Assembly: GCA_001179505.1 (NCBI GenBank)
Contig: CDMY01000268.1
Span: forward strand, 1 to 64,000
Reading direction: 5' to 3'
Source: Vitrella brassicaformis CCMP3155
Taxonomy: Eukaryota > Protista > Chromerida
Length of the DNA: 64,000 nucleotides
Part shown: one piece after another, positions 25,604-37,589 of the stretch
Layout: each line of letters opens with the position of its first letter
How positions within the stretch are numbered: position 1 is the stretch's first letter
Position numbers and translations under genes: made by a program
Notes under the pieces: model-generated
What the model was told of the DNA's origin: nothing
The model's input: only the letters and a program-made list of their open reading frames with translations
The model's database searches: none

Positions 25604-26096
25604 TTACTCAATATGGTACGTTTTGATGGCTGTATGTGTGAAGGTAAACTGCTTTTATCCAGTGTGCTGCGAGACTTTTCACTTTGGCCCTCCGTGCTTG
25701 TGCTTTGCTTGTGTGATTGGTCTGGTGCGATGTGGTCTGTCCGCATAGAATACACAGCTGACAGACAGATAGAGTGTGAGACGTCCATCAGATGACAGCC
25801 AAATGGCGTTTTGTGTACGTATGTGTGCGTGTGTGTGTGTGTGCGCGTCCGTGTATGTGTAGTCATCCGATGTGACATCGGGGACGTTTAAGGACACGCA
25901 AGTCTCATCGAAAGCATCCATAGAATGAATGAATGGCTGGCTGCATCCAAAAATACTCGTTGTGGCGCTGTGCGGACGAAGTCACCACTGAATGACGACA
26001 TGGATGGATAAAGAGCACCACCTCACCCACACCAACACACACTCATCCGCCATGCATACACGCAAGAAAGTGAAGTTAAGTCCGCCCAGCAAAGCA

Positions 26097-29000
26097 TCAT
26101 GTGACATCAAAGAAAACCTCATTGCTATCTTCGGCTTTGTGCGGTTGTTGCCTATCGTCCTCACTGCCGCATGTGTCGTCACTGGGCGGTGCTGCCGCGG
26201 GCTCACTAGTGCCATCAGGCCGGCCGGAAGTCTCCCGCTCGAAGATCGTCGGCAGCACCGTCACGCGGCTGCCACTGCGGACCGCTGCACACACACAGGG
26301 AGAGAGAGAGGGATGACACCAGCCATGTGTATTTGTGTGTGTAGAGGGAGGGAGTACTCACTTCGGGAGCTTCTGGATGTCTTGGTCTGGTAGGTAAACA
26401 GCGACATAGCCCGACGGCGGCCGGGCATCCTGTCGGCCCGAGCACGGAACCGCGCCTCATACCACAAAGAGCCCTCCACCTCCCCCGATGAGCTCTCCCT
26501 CCCTCCATCGAGCAAGGGGCCACGTCGACCGAACAGCGGCACCAGCGGCACAGAGAGATCGCTGGCCGACAGCTGCAGCGGCCTTTGGTGGCGCACGGGT
26601 GATGACGATAGAGGTACAGTCGGCTGCATCATAGTCGACACTGGCCGGTCTCTCTCTCGGCCGTTGTCGGGGAGGCCGAGGGGCCCATGGGGCGAATGGT
26701 CATCGGTTTTGACACCAGCAGGCGGCATCAGAAAGGAGTCCCCCACCGAGCTCTTGTCCTCTCCACTCGTGTGCTGCTGCTGCTGCTGGATGAGGGCCGG
26801 GGCCGCCGGGCCAGCCACTGTCGCAGCACCAGCCACAGCGACGGCAGGCTCGGAAGCGGCCTTCTCGGTCAGCGATGCCGTGTCGTCGTCACCGAGCCCA
26901 CCAATCTCTGATGCAGTGGCTGTTGCACTGGCAGCAAGGCCGTGTGGTGGGTGCTGTGGCGGTGGTGCTGCCGATGGGACGTCTTCACAGAGATAAGGAT
27001 CTGCACCGTCACCAGCCGCAGCACCAGCAGCAGCAGGGGAGGGAGAGGGGGACGGCGTCATGGTGACCGTGACATCGACATTGACTCTTGGTGGCTGTTG
27101 TGGGGCTGCTGGTGGCTGTGGTGGTGGTGGTGCTGATTCTGCTGTCGTTGTGTTGCCGCTGTCGTTGTCGGTGTGCTGCTGTGATGACTGTGCTGGCGGC
27201 TGCGACGGGGCGATGAGGCTCTTGAAGGAGAGGAATGGGGGCTTGGTCGAATGCAGCTCGCTGAAGCCCAACACTGACATACCGACACGACACACACAAC
27301 AAACACGACACACACAACACATGCACTCGTGCGCCCCGTGTGTGTGCCCAGCCGCATACCGGCCACGCCGGGGTCCTCGTCATCGCCCGCAATAACGACC
27401 CTTCCCATCAGCTCGCAGCCATCACGCTGACGGAACAACCTACACACACAAAGACAGAGATATAGATCGGTGGATCGGATGGACTCCCTCACTCACCTGA
27501 TCGCTCGTGAGATGGGACTTTGCGCGCCGGTCGCCTTCAGCAGATCACGCACATCTGCACACATCCACAGACAGACAGACAGACAGACAGCACAGCCATC
27601 TCTCTCTCTCTCTCTATGTATGTGTGTGTGCGAATGTCAGACCGTCATGGTGAATCGCGGCGTGCATGGGCATCCCCTCAATGATGATGGGGTTCCACAG
27701 CCTCAGCGGCGTCGACACGCTGATCCACTGGCCCTCAACCAGATCCACCACCGCTGTCGCATCAAAATGCGCATCTGAATGGACACACAAACAAATGGAT
27801 TGTACTTCCCTCTCTCGCTATCCCTGTGTGTGGTGGGCGGGGGAGGATGTGGATGGCTGGACTGACCGACGAGTGTCTGCAGGCGGATTCTAACACGATC
27901 GGACTCCTCGACCTTTAGACGGTCCTCTGACACATCCTGAACACACACACGCATTGAGGTATGTTCGGGCTCTTTGGTGGGTGGCTGACCTTGATGTATC
28001 CCCGTACGACTCTGCTCTTGGCCGAGGTCTTCATGGCGCCCACCTGGAACCAACGGACCTCGCTGCACTCATGAAGGACAACACGCACACATGGATGGAT
28101 GTGTATGCAGCAGCCGTTCTGTCCATCGGCTAATGCTGACTGACCCGTCCGGCCTCTCGTAAAGCACCTGACACAGACACACAGAGAGATGGATGGAATG
28201 AAGATGTGCGCGCGTGTGTGCCTGTTTACTTACCAGTCTTTCGAAATGGTCGAGCTTCCCTGCACACGAATGGATGGACAACACACACGCGACACACACA
28301 CAAAGACGAAACACGGCATACGACCGCCATGTGTGTGCCTGCCAGTGGTTCAATCACCCACTCACCGTCAGCACACTGCAGTATCTGGTCCTCCAACTCT
28401 TTCCGCAGACTCTCAGGACGCACCTGAACACACACCGACCCAAACACCCACACATACAGGTGCATCCACCCTCTCTCCCTCGCTCTCTGCGGGCGTACGT
28501 GGCGCGTCCAGAACTGGTCAAGCGGGGCATTCCTGTCCATCTGTGTCTGTGTCGGTGCTGGCTGCTGTGCCGCTGTTGATGGATGGAGAGGCAGAGGGAG
28601 GGGGATTGTCTGCTGTGGATATGTCTGGGTATCAGAGGTGCCCGGGCTGCTGCTCGAGGCGGCCTCGTCCCAAGTCTTGAAGAGGAGGTCTGAGTGGCGG
28701 TCGCTGTCACTATCATGCACACACAGACACAGAGAGAGAAGAGATGGCCATACGCTCATTGTTGTGTGTGTCGTTGTGGGTGCACCTGCTGTCGCGGTCT
28801 TCATGGGTCATGAAGTACCTTCACACACATCACCACACACAGACAAACAGACGTCCCTCTCTCCCTCTGTGTCTTAGGGTACCGACCAGTAGTAGTGTTG
28901 CAGCTGTCTGTCGGCCTCCTCGTTGCTCTTTTCGGCTTCACGCAGAGTCGCCAGCCTACACACACACACACACACGCACACAGAGGGAGAGAGAAAGGCA

Positions 29001-31087
29001 TGCAGACACATGGATGGATGGATCGAACCCCCCAGACACACGTGACTAACCTCCGCTGCACTGTGTCCAAGTCTGCCCTCAGCCTCTCCAGGTCATCCGC
29101 ACCTTCACCACCGCCACCACCTTCATTCTCAACGCCGCTGCTGCTGCTGAAATAGTTGAACGACTCATTCAGCTCCCTCAGCAGCTCAGTGTTGCCAATG
29201 GGCAGGTCGTCATCCGTCGAGTCGGACCGTTTGTCGCGCAGCGCCACGGCAACACTCTTTGAGAGAGAGGGGGGCGGGAGGGGAGGGAGAGGCGGGAGGA
29301 GGTGCATCTCTCGGCTGCCTAACTGCTCCAATGCTGCACAGACACGCACAAAGAGAGATAGGGAGAGAGAGTGGCTGTGTGTCTGATTGACTTACGGACC
29401 TTCCCTGTGGATCATCGGGACGAAGGAAGCGGCACTCGGACTTGGACTGAGGCTCAGGCTGAGCGAGGCCTGTGAGGCCTGTGAAGGCTGTGCCCTCACA
29501 CCCACACCCACACCGCCACCCCCTGACACGCCTGAGACGCCTGATGTGCCGGTCCCCTCGTTGCTGCTGCTCCTGGTGTCGTCCACAACGTCCTGAAACA
29601 GCTCCTCGTCATCTCCGCCACCCCCACCTTCACCACCATTTGGCACTGGGGCCTCCAATACACCACTAGCAGCAGCAGCAGCAGCAAAGGGCGCCTCCTA
29701 CACGCACACACACACACAGAGAGAGGGGAGGGGGGGGGAATGAGCCTCCACACACCATGTGTGCCATCCACTTATCCATCATCACCTCTTGCTGCTGCTG
29801 TTGCTGCTGCTGCTTCTGCTGCTGTGGTTGGGGAGGCTGTCTCTCCCTCTCCCTGTCCCTCACTTTGTCTTCAGCGCCCGACGAGACCTTCCTCCCAGTG
29901 AGTGTCTCCACCACCTTTGTCTGGTAGGCTGACGAGACCGACATGCGTGTGTCCCACTCCCACGCCGAGATGCCCACCTGCACGCATATGGGGAAACGGA
30001 TGGATAGCGGGCCGCTCGCTGCACGGTTCTCTCCCTCTCTCTCCCTCTCTCTCTCTCTGTGTGTGTGTGTGTTTGCGTGAGGGTAAGGCTGACCATCTCG
30101 GCAAAGCGCTCGAGCAGCGTTCGTATCCTGTGCACCTGGATCACTGACACACGCACACACACGGAGAGGGAAATGGCAAGGACGGTGCATATGTGCGCAT
30201 GGGTGGCTGCACTTGCCTCGTCTCGAGTGGTCGTGTATGGTCAGTTTCCTGCGGAAATCGGCGAAAAGGGCGCGCTTCTCGGTCTCGCGCAGCAGCCTCT
30301 CCCTCTCCTACACACACGCAGCAGCATCGTTGAGAGGATACACACTCACACACGTGTGTGTGGTGTTGTTTGCTTAGTGTCCTACTCGCAGGCGTGAGAG
30401 CAGCATGAGCTCAGCTTCCAGCTGCCGGACGTCCCACTCCTACACACACACATCCACCAGACACAGAGATAGAGAGACGGCAGGCCCCCTTCCCCTGTCT
30501 CTCTCTCTCTCTCTGTGCTCGCGCACTGACCGAGACTTGCAGCGCGAAAAGGAAAGCCGCGTTTGTGCTCTTGACGAAGGAATCACCTGAACCACAGCAC
30601 ACCCACAGACAGAGAGAGAGGGGGCAGGAGCTCACACGCACTTTCCATCTCTCTCTCTCTCTCTGTGTGTGTGTGTATGCCGCCCGACCGAATGTGTAGA
30701 GCACTTGCTCGAGGAACGGGGAGCCGGTGTCGAGCAGCGCAAGAGTGAAGGGCACGCCGTACGCCATATTCAGGATCACATTGAACCTACGCACACAGAC
30801 ACACACAGAGAGAGATATGGGAGACCAGCTCCACTGTGTTGGTTTAATTACCACAGCAGGCAGTCCTTGACAGTGTCCAGAGAAGGGTCTCTGCAGGAGT
30901 GCAGCAAACAAAGCCCATCCCTCCGTGTGTGTGTGTGTTTTGTGTGCGTACTTTCCCCGCCATTTGTCGTAGTGTGGGAAGGCGAGGCACTGCAGCGACG
31001 ATATCGCCCAGCCAATCTGACGACACACAAACACACCCACGCAGCAAATAGAGGAAGACACAGAGAGAGAGGGTGCATTTGAGCCGG

Positions 31088-31126
<39 letters not shown>

Positions 31127-31576
31127 TGTTTGTTTGTTTTCTGACCCAGGTGATCCACCAATATATCCACCTCACGTAGAACGAGTCGCAAATGCTAACT
31201 CACACACACGCAGAGGGGGATGCATGTGCGTCCGTGTGTGTGCGTGTGCGGCTGTGATGTTACCCACCAGGCCCAGAAGGCCACAAGGCAATAAAAAGAG
31301 GTGATCATCGCTGGCAGCTGAGCACGCACACACAGAGGAGAGAGAGATTCACAAAAACAGTTCTGAGAGCAGTGCAACAATACCAAAGCAGTGCTCCTGG
31401 GAGTGTTGTAGAGCATCCTGCCTTCGATGTAGATCTGACACCAACCCGCCCACACACACATGCACGCACAGCCATCCATCCACACATCCATGTGGTGTGC
31501 ACGTACCAGTGCGGGCACAGCGATCACCCACTCCATTATCCTCTGCACACAAACACACAAAGAGTCACCCACGCAC

Positions 31577-31613
<37 letters not shown>

Positions 31614-32504
31614 TGTGTGATGGGGCGAGGGGGAAGGCTACGTACCATTGCTGGGATCGGTCTTGGGTGTGGGTTGAGGGACATCACAAACACAGGAGTG
31701 GCCTCCAGCCTTTGTATGGGTGGCAACGCAACACACACAACACAGACGAACACGTCAGAGAAAGGCCGGCCGTGTGTCCGTGTGTGAGAGATAGTCATTC
31801 TGCTTACCACATGGCTATATAGGTGACTGTCAGCACAAACAGGATAAACAGCATCACACCTGCTCACACATCCATCGAAAAACACACACACATATCCACC
31901 CCTGCCTCTCTCTGTGTGTGCGTGTGTGGGAGCAGATCACACATACCGGCGCTCTTAAGCTTCCAGTGCATCCTCGACACCCACAGCGGCGACCGGAACA
32001 GGCCCTCCTCATCCCGATCCCTGTCAGAGGTGCCCTCGCTGCCACCGCCTCCACCTCCCTCCTGCTGCTGGTGCAGCTGCTGCAGCCGCGCCTTGAGAGT
32101 CGAGGCCCTCTCGTGTCTGTGCAGCTGGTAGAAGGCTATCACCACGAGGCCCAGCTCTATGAACAGGAGGTTGAACACACCTGAAGCGACATACACACAC
32201 AGAGAGGGAGAGGCAGGAAGACGCCGTGAGTGCATTGCTTCTCTTTGCTATGCTGCTCACGCACCCCACGAGCCGACAGCAAAGATCTCGGTGAGCTCCT
32301 TGTCCTGCGCTTTGAACCGCGGATACTCATCCTGGTCGTAGAAAAAGAGATGAGCCGTCTGCACACACACACAGGCACAGAAAGAGAGAGAGAGAGAGTG
32401 AATCAAATCAATGAATGAATCAATGACTCATTCTCATCATTGCGTACGAGGAACAGGAAGAAAAGCGAGTACAGCAGGATCAGATCCAGGTCATTGCGGA
32501 GCAT
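26097..32504 (-). CDS. Microbial (type-1) rhodopsin-like 8-TM domain fused to coiled coil and PAS/PAC domains (>25 exons)
   Basis: Helix C RIMEWVIAVPAL (31507-31542), helix F VILNMAYGVPF, helix G LYTFGDSFVKSTNAAFLF (D 30582-84, K 30570-72), then ERERLLRETEKR, VGISAWEWDT, VRPESL..YERPDGEVRWFQV..RGYIKDVSE, a second PAS-like segment, and stop ..FFDVT* at 26097. A possible upstream start exists at 32575. Confidence 0.8.
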
Positions 32505-32648
32505 CGCTGCACCAATCATCTCACCACCATCACTCCACAAGGCTCACTGCGCCATTCTTGCGAGCTTGGGCACATCTCGCCAGCGAAGCTCAAGAAGGCT
32601 TCTGATTCTCTCTCTTCTTCCCGTGGTTATTGCTTGCTTGGCTTGGCG

Positions 32649-33882
32649 ATGGGCGCTCATCCACTACGGAGATCTGTTGTCTTTGTCTTCCTGCTGCTGC
32701 TGCACGCAATCACAATCACATGGGCGTTCCTGCCGTCCTCTTCGGTGCTCAGACACAGACACAGGAGGCCATTGATGCAGCAACGACGGCAGCTTCCGGC
32801 AGCGACGATGATGATGATTGACCTATCAGCGGCAGCATCGGCGGCGTCGGCTGCGGCGGAGCATCTGCCGTCGTTTCTGCAGGCCATCACCGTCACTGAC
32901 GAAGAGCAATTCCAAATACGGGTGAGCGTGTGAGTGAGAAGACACACACGTGCCTGGTGTGCATCTCCGTGTGTGTGTGTTGGGGTCATGCAGGCGATCG
33001 GCATCGCCTTCTCTGCCGTGACGGTCGGCGGCGGCACGGCCGCCTACTTCCTCAGACCCAAGAACACAGAGTGAGTCGCCAAGCGCCACACACACACAGA
33101 CGGGAGGGAGATGCCGTGTTGCGATGTGTGCTGTCAGGATGAAGTTCGTTCTGTCCGACAGCGAGGCCGCGGCCGTGTCGCTCGTCAACGGCATCTATGA
33201 CGCGTCGGAGGAGGACAAACGCATGACCGAACGGGTGCACACACAATGGATGGATGGATGGATGGATCGGCACGTACCTCTGGCTGGCTGGCTGGCTGGC
33301 TGTGTGTGTGTGTGTGTGTGCGCAGGGCTCGATAGGCCGGACGAGGCGTCAGTTGGAGGCCGACAGGATCGCCGAGGAATTCGCAGAGGGAAAGGACCCG
33401 AGGGAAGTCCGCGGCAAAACGGTATACATACATATCCCACCCACACACACACAGACAGACACACACACCTCTTGTTTCCTTCACTCTCCCCATTTCTATG
33501 TGGTATGGTGTGCAGATCACCTACAGCGAGGTTGACCTGAACTTCTTGGCTGTGCTTCTCAGGGCAGCCGAGCCGAAACAAGGTACAGCATCCACTGCCC
33601 CCCCCACCCCCCCACCTGCATCTGTCCGTGTGCAGGTGAGACCTTTGTCGACCTGGGAAGCGGCCTTGGGAGAGCCGTCCTGGTGAGGATGCATGGCACT
33701 CTCATCCACCCACCCACCCATCCATATATGTGTGTGTGTCTTGCATGTCTAAACAGGGTGCGGCAGCCCTCTATCCCTCGTTTCGCAAGTGCACGGGCAT
33801 CGAGTACCTGCAAGGCAGGACCGACCTTGCTAAGGCAAGCCACGACAAGCACCATTACCACAGATCGACTTCTCTCCTTCCA

Positions 33883-33918
<36 letters not shown>

Positions 33919-34354
33919 TGTGTGTGCAGACGTATGTGAGCCGATTTAGGTCATCTCCAGCTATCGAGCTCATGACCGACGATTTCGCGCTTCCAACGTC
34001 GGCGAAGACCGACCAGGCCATCCAGCAGGCCGACGTGCTGTTTGCGTACTCGCCCCGCTTCTCCGGCAAAGAGCTGCTATCGACTGTGGAAAAGGCCAAG
34101 AGTGGTGCGCGGATTCTCACTGTGGACAGGTACATAGGCAAATGGGTGCAGACACGCGCGCACACACATACAGAAGGAGACAGGCGCGAAGCCACATGTG
34201 ATGATGCCTCTGTGTGTGTCGTTGTGCGTGGGTTTGTGTGTCGTTGTGTGCCTGCAGGAAGCTTGCTTCCGACGGTTTTGAGCTGATCAAGACCTTGGAG
34301 GATCCCTCGGGCGACCTCAACAGATACAGAGGGTACGTCTTCCGGCGACTCTAG
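32649..34354 (+). CDS. Class I SAM-dependent methyltransferase, DOT1-like, with bipartite (signal + transit) leader and one TM segment; putative plastid protein
   Basis: Leader MGAHPLRRSVVFVFLLLLHAITITWAF-LPSSSVLRHRHRR; TM AIGIAFSAVTVGGGTAAYFL; motifs TYSEVD, FVDLGSGLGRAVL, CTGIEYL, DDF, ADVLFAYS; ends GYVFRRL*. GC-AG intron at 33835. Confidence 0.8.
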
Positions 34355-34662
34355 GGGACACAGAGAGATGGCCGGCTGCAACCGGGTGCGTGTCGATAAC
34401 TGGATGGCCAGACAGACAAGAGGGCTCATGTGGGTGGGGGGGCGGGCGGGCGGGTGTATTGTTCGTGTGCGACAATGGAGCGAATCAACGAAGCTCGTTG
34501 GTCAAGTGGATATGCACGATACGCAATATCCTAGGCAAGGCCCCTGTCGCCGTGAGTAGGAGTCGCAGTAGAGGTAATATGACTGGCAGGTCCACGCCAT
34601 CAAAGCTTGTCACGTTGAGGAAGCACATGCATGTCTCAATCAATCTGACCTCTGCCTCACGC

Positions 34663-37589
34663 TCACACCACAAAGACATCTACTTCATCGGCCATGAAAT
34701 CCCTGCTGCCCCCAAACAGAGCGTTGCCCTTACGTCTCACCCCAACATAGCCCTCAGGCACATCTTTCCTGTGGATGGACTGACGGCAGCGGCGCATGTC
34801 AGTACGAGCGCCACCCTCACAGCCCAACCACAGCCACCAGCCGACCCTCACCTTCGCCCCGCCCACTGTCCCCTCCCGCCCGGCCACACGCACTGGCAGC
34901 CAGCCCTCCCCCATTTTGGTAGGTCCCTTGGCGAAGTGGCCGGCGAGCGAGAAATACCAGACATCACACCAGTAGTACTTCTTCTTGTAGCCTGTTGGGT
35001 CGTCGGGCACTTGGATGTTGGCACTGATGAAGGCGCCGAAGACGTACTTGTCCTTGCGGATGAGGAACACCAGGTTCTTCGTGTCGCCCACACACCGCAG
35101 CAGATCGCCATACGACGGCCCATCATGCGAGGCCCTGAAAATAGGAGAAAGACGGGAGAGAGAGAGAGTCAAACGATGGACGATGTAGGACACCTGTAGA
35201 TGAGCTTCAGGCTGTTTTCACTTGTCGCTCCGAGGAACCGATAGAGTGCCGCCGACTGGAGCGGAGCGAAAGCTGCACCCTCGACCACCTGCAATCAAAT
35301 CAACAGAACACTGATGAGGCTCTCCCTCGCTGATGTGTGAGTGACCTTAAGTGAGAGCAGTGACCGGCCATCAAGACGAATGACTTCCACCTCGTCGGCC
35401 GTGAAGTACTCACCGCCCCCAAACACAGCCCGGCCACGCTTACTCCTCAGCCCCACATAGCCCTCAGGCACATCAAGGCTCCAGATGGAATGACCGCAGC
35501 TGCGCATATCATCAGCAGCGCCACACCCCAACCACAGGCACCCACCGAACCCACCGATCCCCAGCTTCGCCCCATCCACTGTCCCCCCCCGCCCCGCCAC
35601 CCACACGCACTGCCTGCATTCCCACAACTTGGTCGGTCCCTTGGCGAAGTGGCCGGCCAGCGAGAAATGCCACATATCACACTCGTACCCGTCGACGCCC
35701 GTTGGCTTAGCGGGCGGCTGGATGCCGGCGCTGATGTAGACGCCGAAGACATAGATGTCCTTCCGGATGATGAACAACAGGCCGGTATTGTCGCCGACAC
35801 AATGGAGGAGATCGGCATACGACGACCCATCACGTGAGGCCCTGAGAATACGACAAACACATGCTTGATCGATTGCACGGGCTTTCTGTGATGTGTGTCG
35901 TACCTGTACAGCAGAGTAAATCCCAACTCGTCAAACACGGATGGGACAAGCCAGGAGTGGAGGCCCGCACACTCAGCCTCACTCAAACTGCTGCCAACGA
36001 TCATCTGCACGTAAACGCAGACGCTAGTCTTGAAGATTGCATGCATTCTTGTTTCTTATCTGGACGCAATCATGCCATGTGCAGACTCTCACTTGCGGGT
36101 CATGCAGTTTGTCATCCTCGTCTGTTGTGCTGCGAATTGAAACGGCCATGACATGACCAACCGCACCATCAGACACACTTATCATATCATCACCATCCTG
36201 ATGGCACAGCACAGATGTGCAATAAGTGATGTGCTGCCGTCTTTGTCTGTGTCTGTCTGACCTCTGCTATGTCACTCAGGCTATCGTCGGCAGTCATTGT
36301 GAACACAGACTTGGCCGATGAACGGGACCACACCTGCACACACAAACTCACAATGCCTGACCGTCTGTGTGGGTGTCCATTTCACTGCCTTTTGCTGACC
36401 ACAGACGGCGGGCCCTCTCGGTGGCTGCGTGTGGGGGTCCTTTGGATTTTGTTTGGCGGCCTCTCGTTGGTCAGTCGACTCTCTGACGGCGCCATCTGAA
36501 CGACAACACATACAGCTCAAATAAGTTGCTGCTGCTGCTTTCGCCAACGTGTGAATGAGTCCTCTTGGTTTGGTTACGCTCATGGTGTTTTGCCCCGAGT
36601 GCTGCGACTGCTGGTCGAGCGGCCGATTGCGGGCAGCAGCAGCATCGTCGTCTAGTGGGCAGGTGGGGGTCTGCAGCCAGACAAGTCAAGACACGAAGGT
36701 GTTACTTGCTGCTGTGGTGTCAGCCCGCTGAGTGTCTTACCTGTCGGCTGAGGTCGGTCATCGGTCCGATGAAGCCATCTGCCACCTGGATGTCAGCAGC
36801 AGCAGCAGCAGCATCAGCTGAAGCTGCTTCCGACTGGTGAGTGAGGGGCCTGGGTAAGGGATGGGGATGCGGCGGACGCATTGGGAAAGGGGGATCGACA
36901 GCAGCAGCAGCTGCTGCAGCGGCAGGTGGCTCAGAGGACGGCAAAGGAATCTGAAAAAGGAGGCATAGACTGATGAAAAGTGGATCTCTCACTGCATTTG
37001 TTATCTTTGCCTGACCTGTTGGCATCGCTTCCTGAAGGTTTTGATCCACTTGTCGCTCGCCGAGAAGCCAGTGACGCCCAGCCGAATGGCGATCTCCATC
37101 GCCTTGGCTCTGATGGCCTTGGGGGGGACGCTCGTGGGGTCGTCATGGGTAGCCATCCACTGCCGCATGTCGTCCTCGATCTGCTGGTACTTGGGCGGCC
37201 TGTTGCGCTTCTTGTCTGAGTCGACGATTTGCTTGCCCTCCTCCCTCTGTTTTTTGGTGGCATAACACCACTGCCTGAAGCGCTTGGGTGGAATGCCTTT
37301 CTCCTTGGCGAACTGGGACATGTTGATGGACTCGCCGGATTGCTGTCGTCGAATGAACTCGTCCACCAGCTGCAGCCGCTCGCCGATTGCCACCTCGCCC
37401 GCCCTCTCTGTCGACATCTGGACAACCGTGAACAGCAGACATGTGAAGACATGTGAGTGAGCGCAGTTTCACCTGTTGTGAGGATCCTCCTGTCGTTCCT
37501 TTTGTTGATGTGGGCCGTGGTGGGAGCGACTCCGAGCGATCGTAATGGGAAGCAGCCGATGCACCCCCGCTTACCACCGGCTGACCCAT
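34663..37589 (-). CDS. CENP-B/pogo-type HTH-TLDc-TLDc (copy 2, apparently intact)
   Basis: ERLQLVDEFIRRQQSGESINMSQFAKEKGIP..RNRPPKYQQIEDDMRQW..IRAKAMEIAIRLGVTGFSASDKWIKTFRKR, phase-consistent exons, and two LLYR|ASxDG TLDc exons ending FMADEVDVFVV*. Confidence 0.85.
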
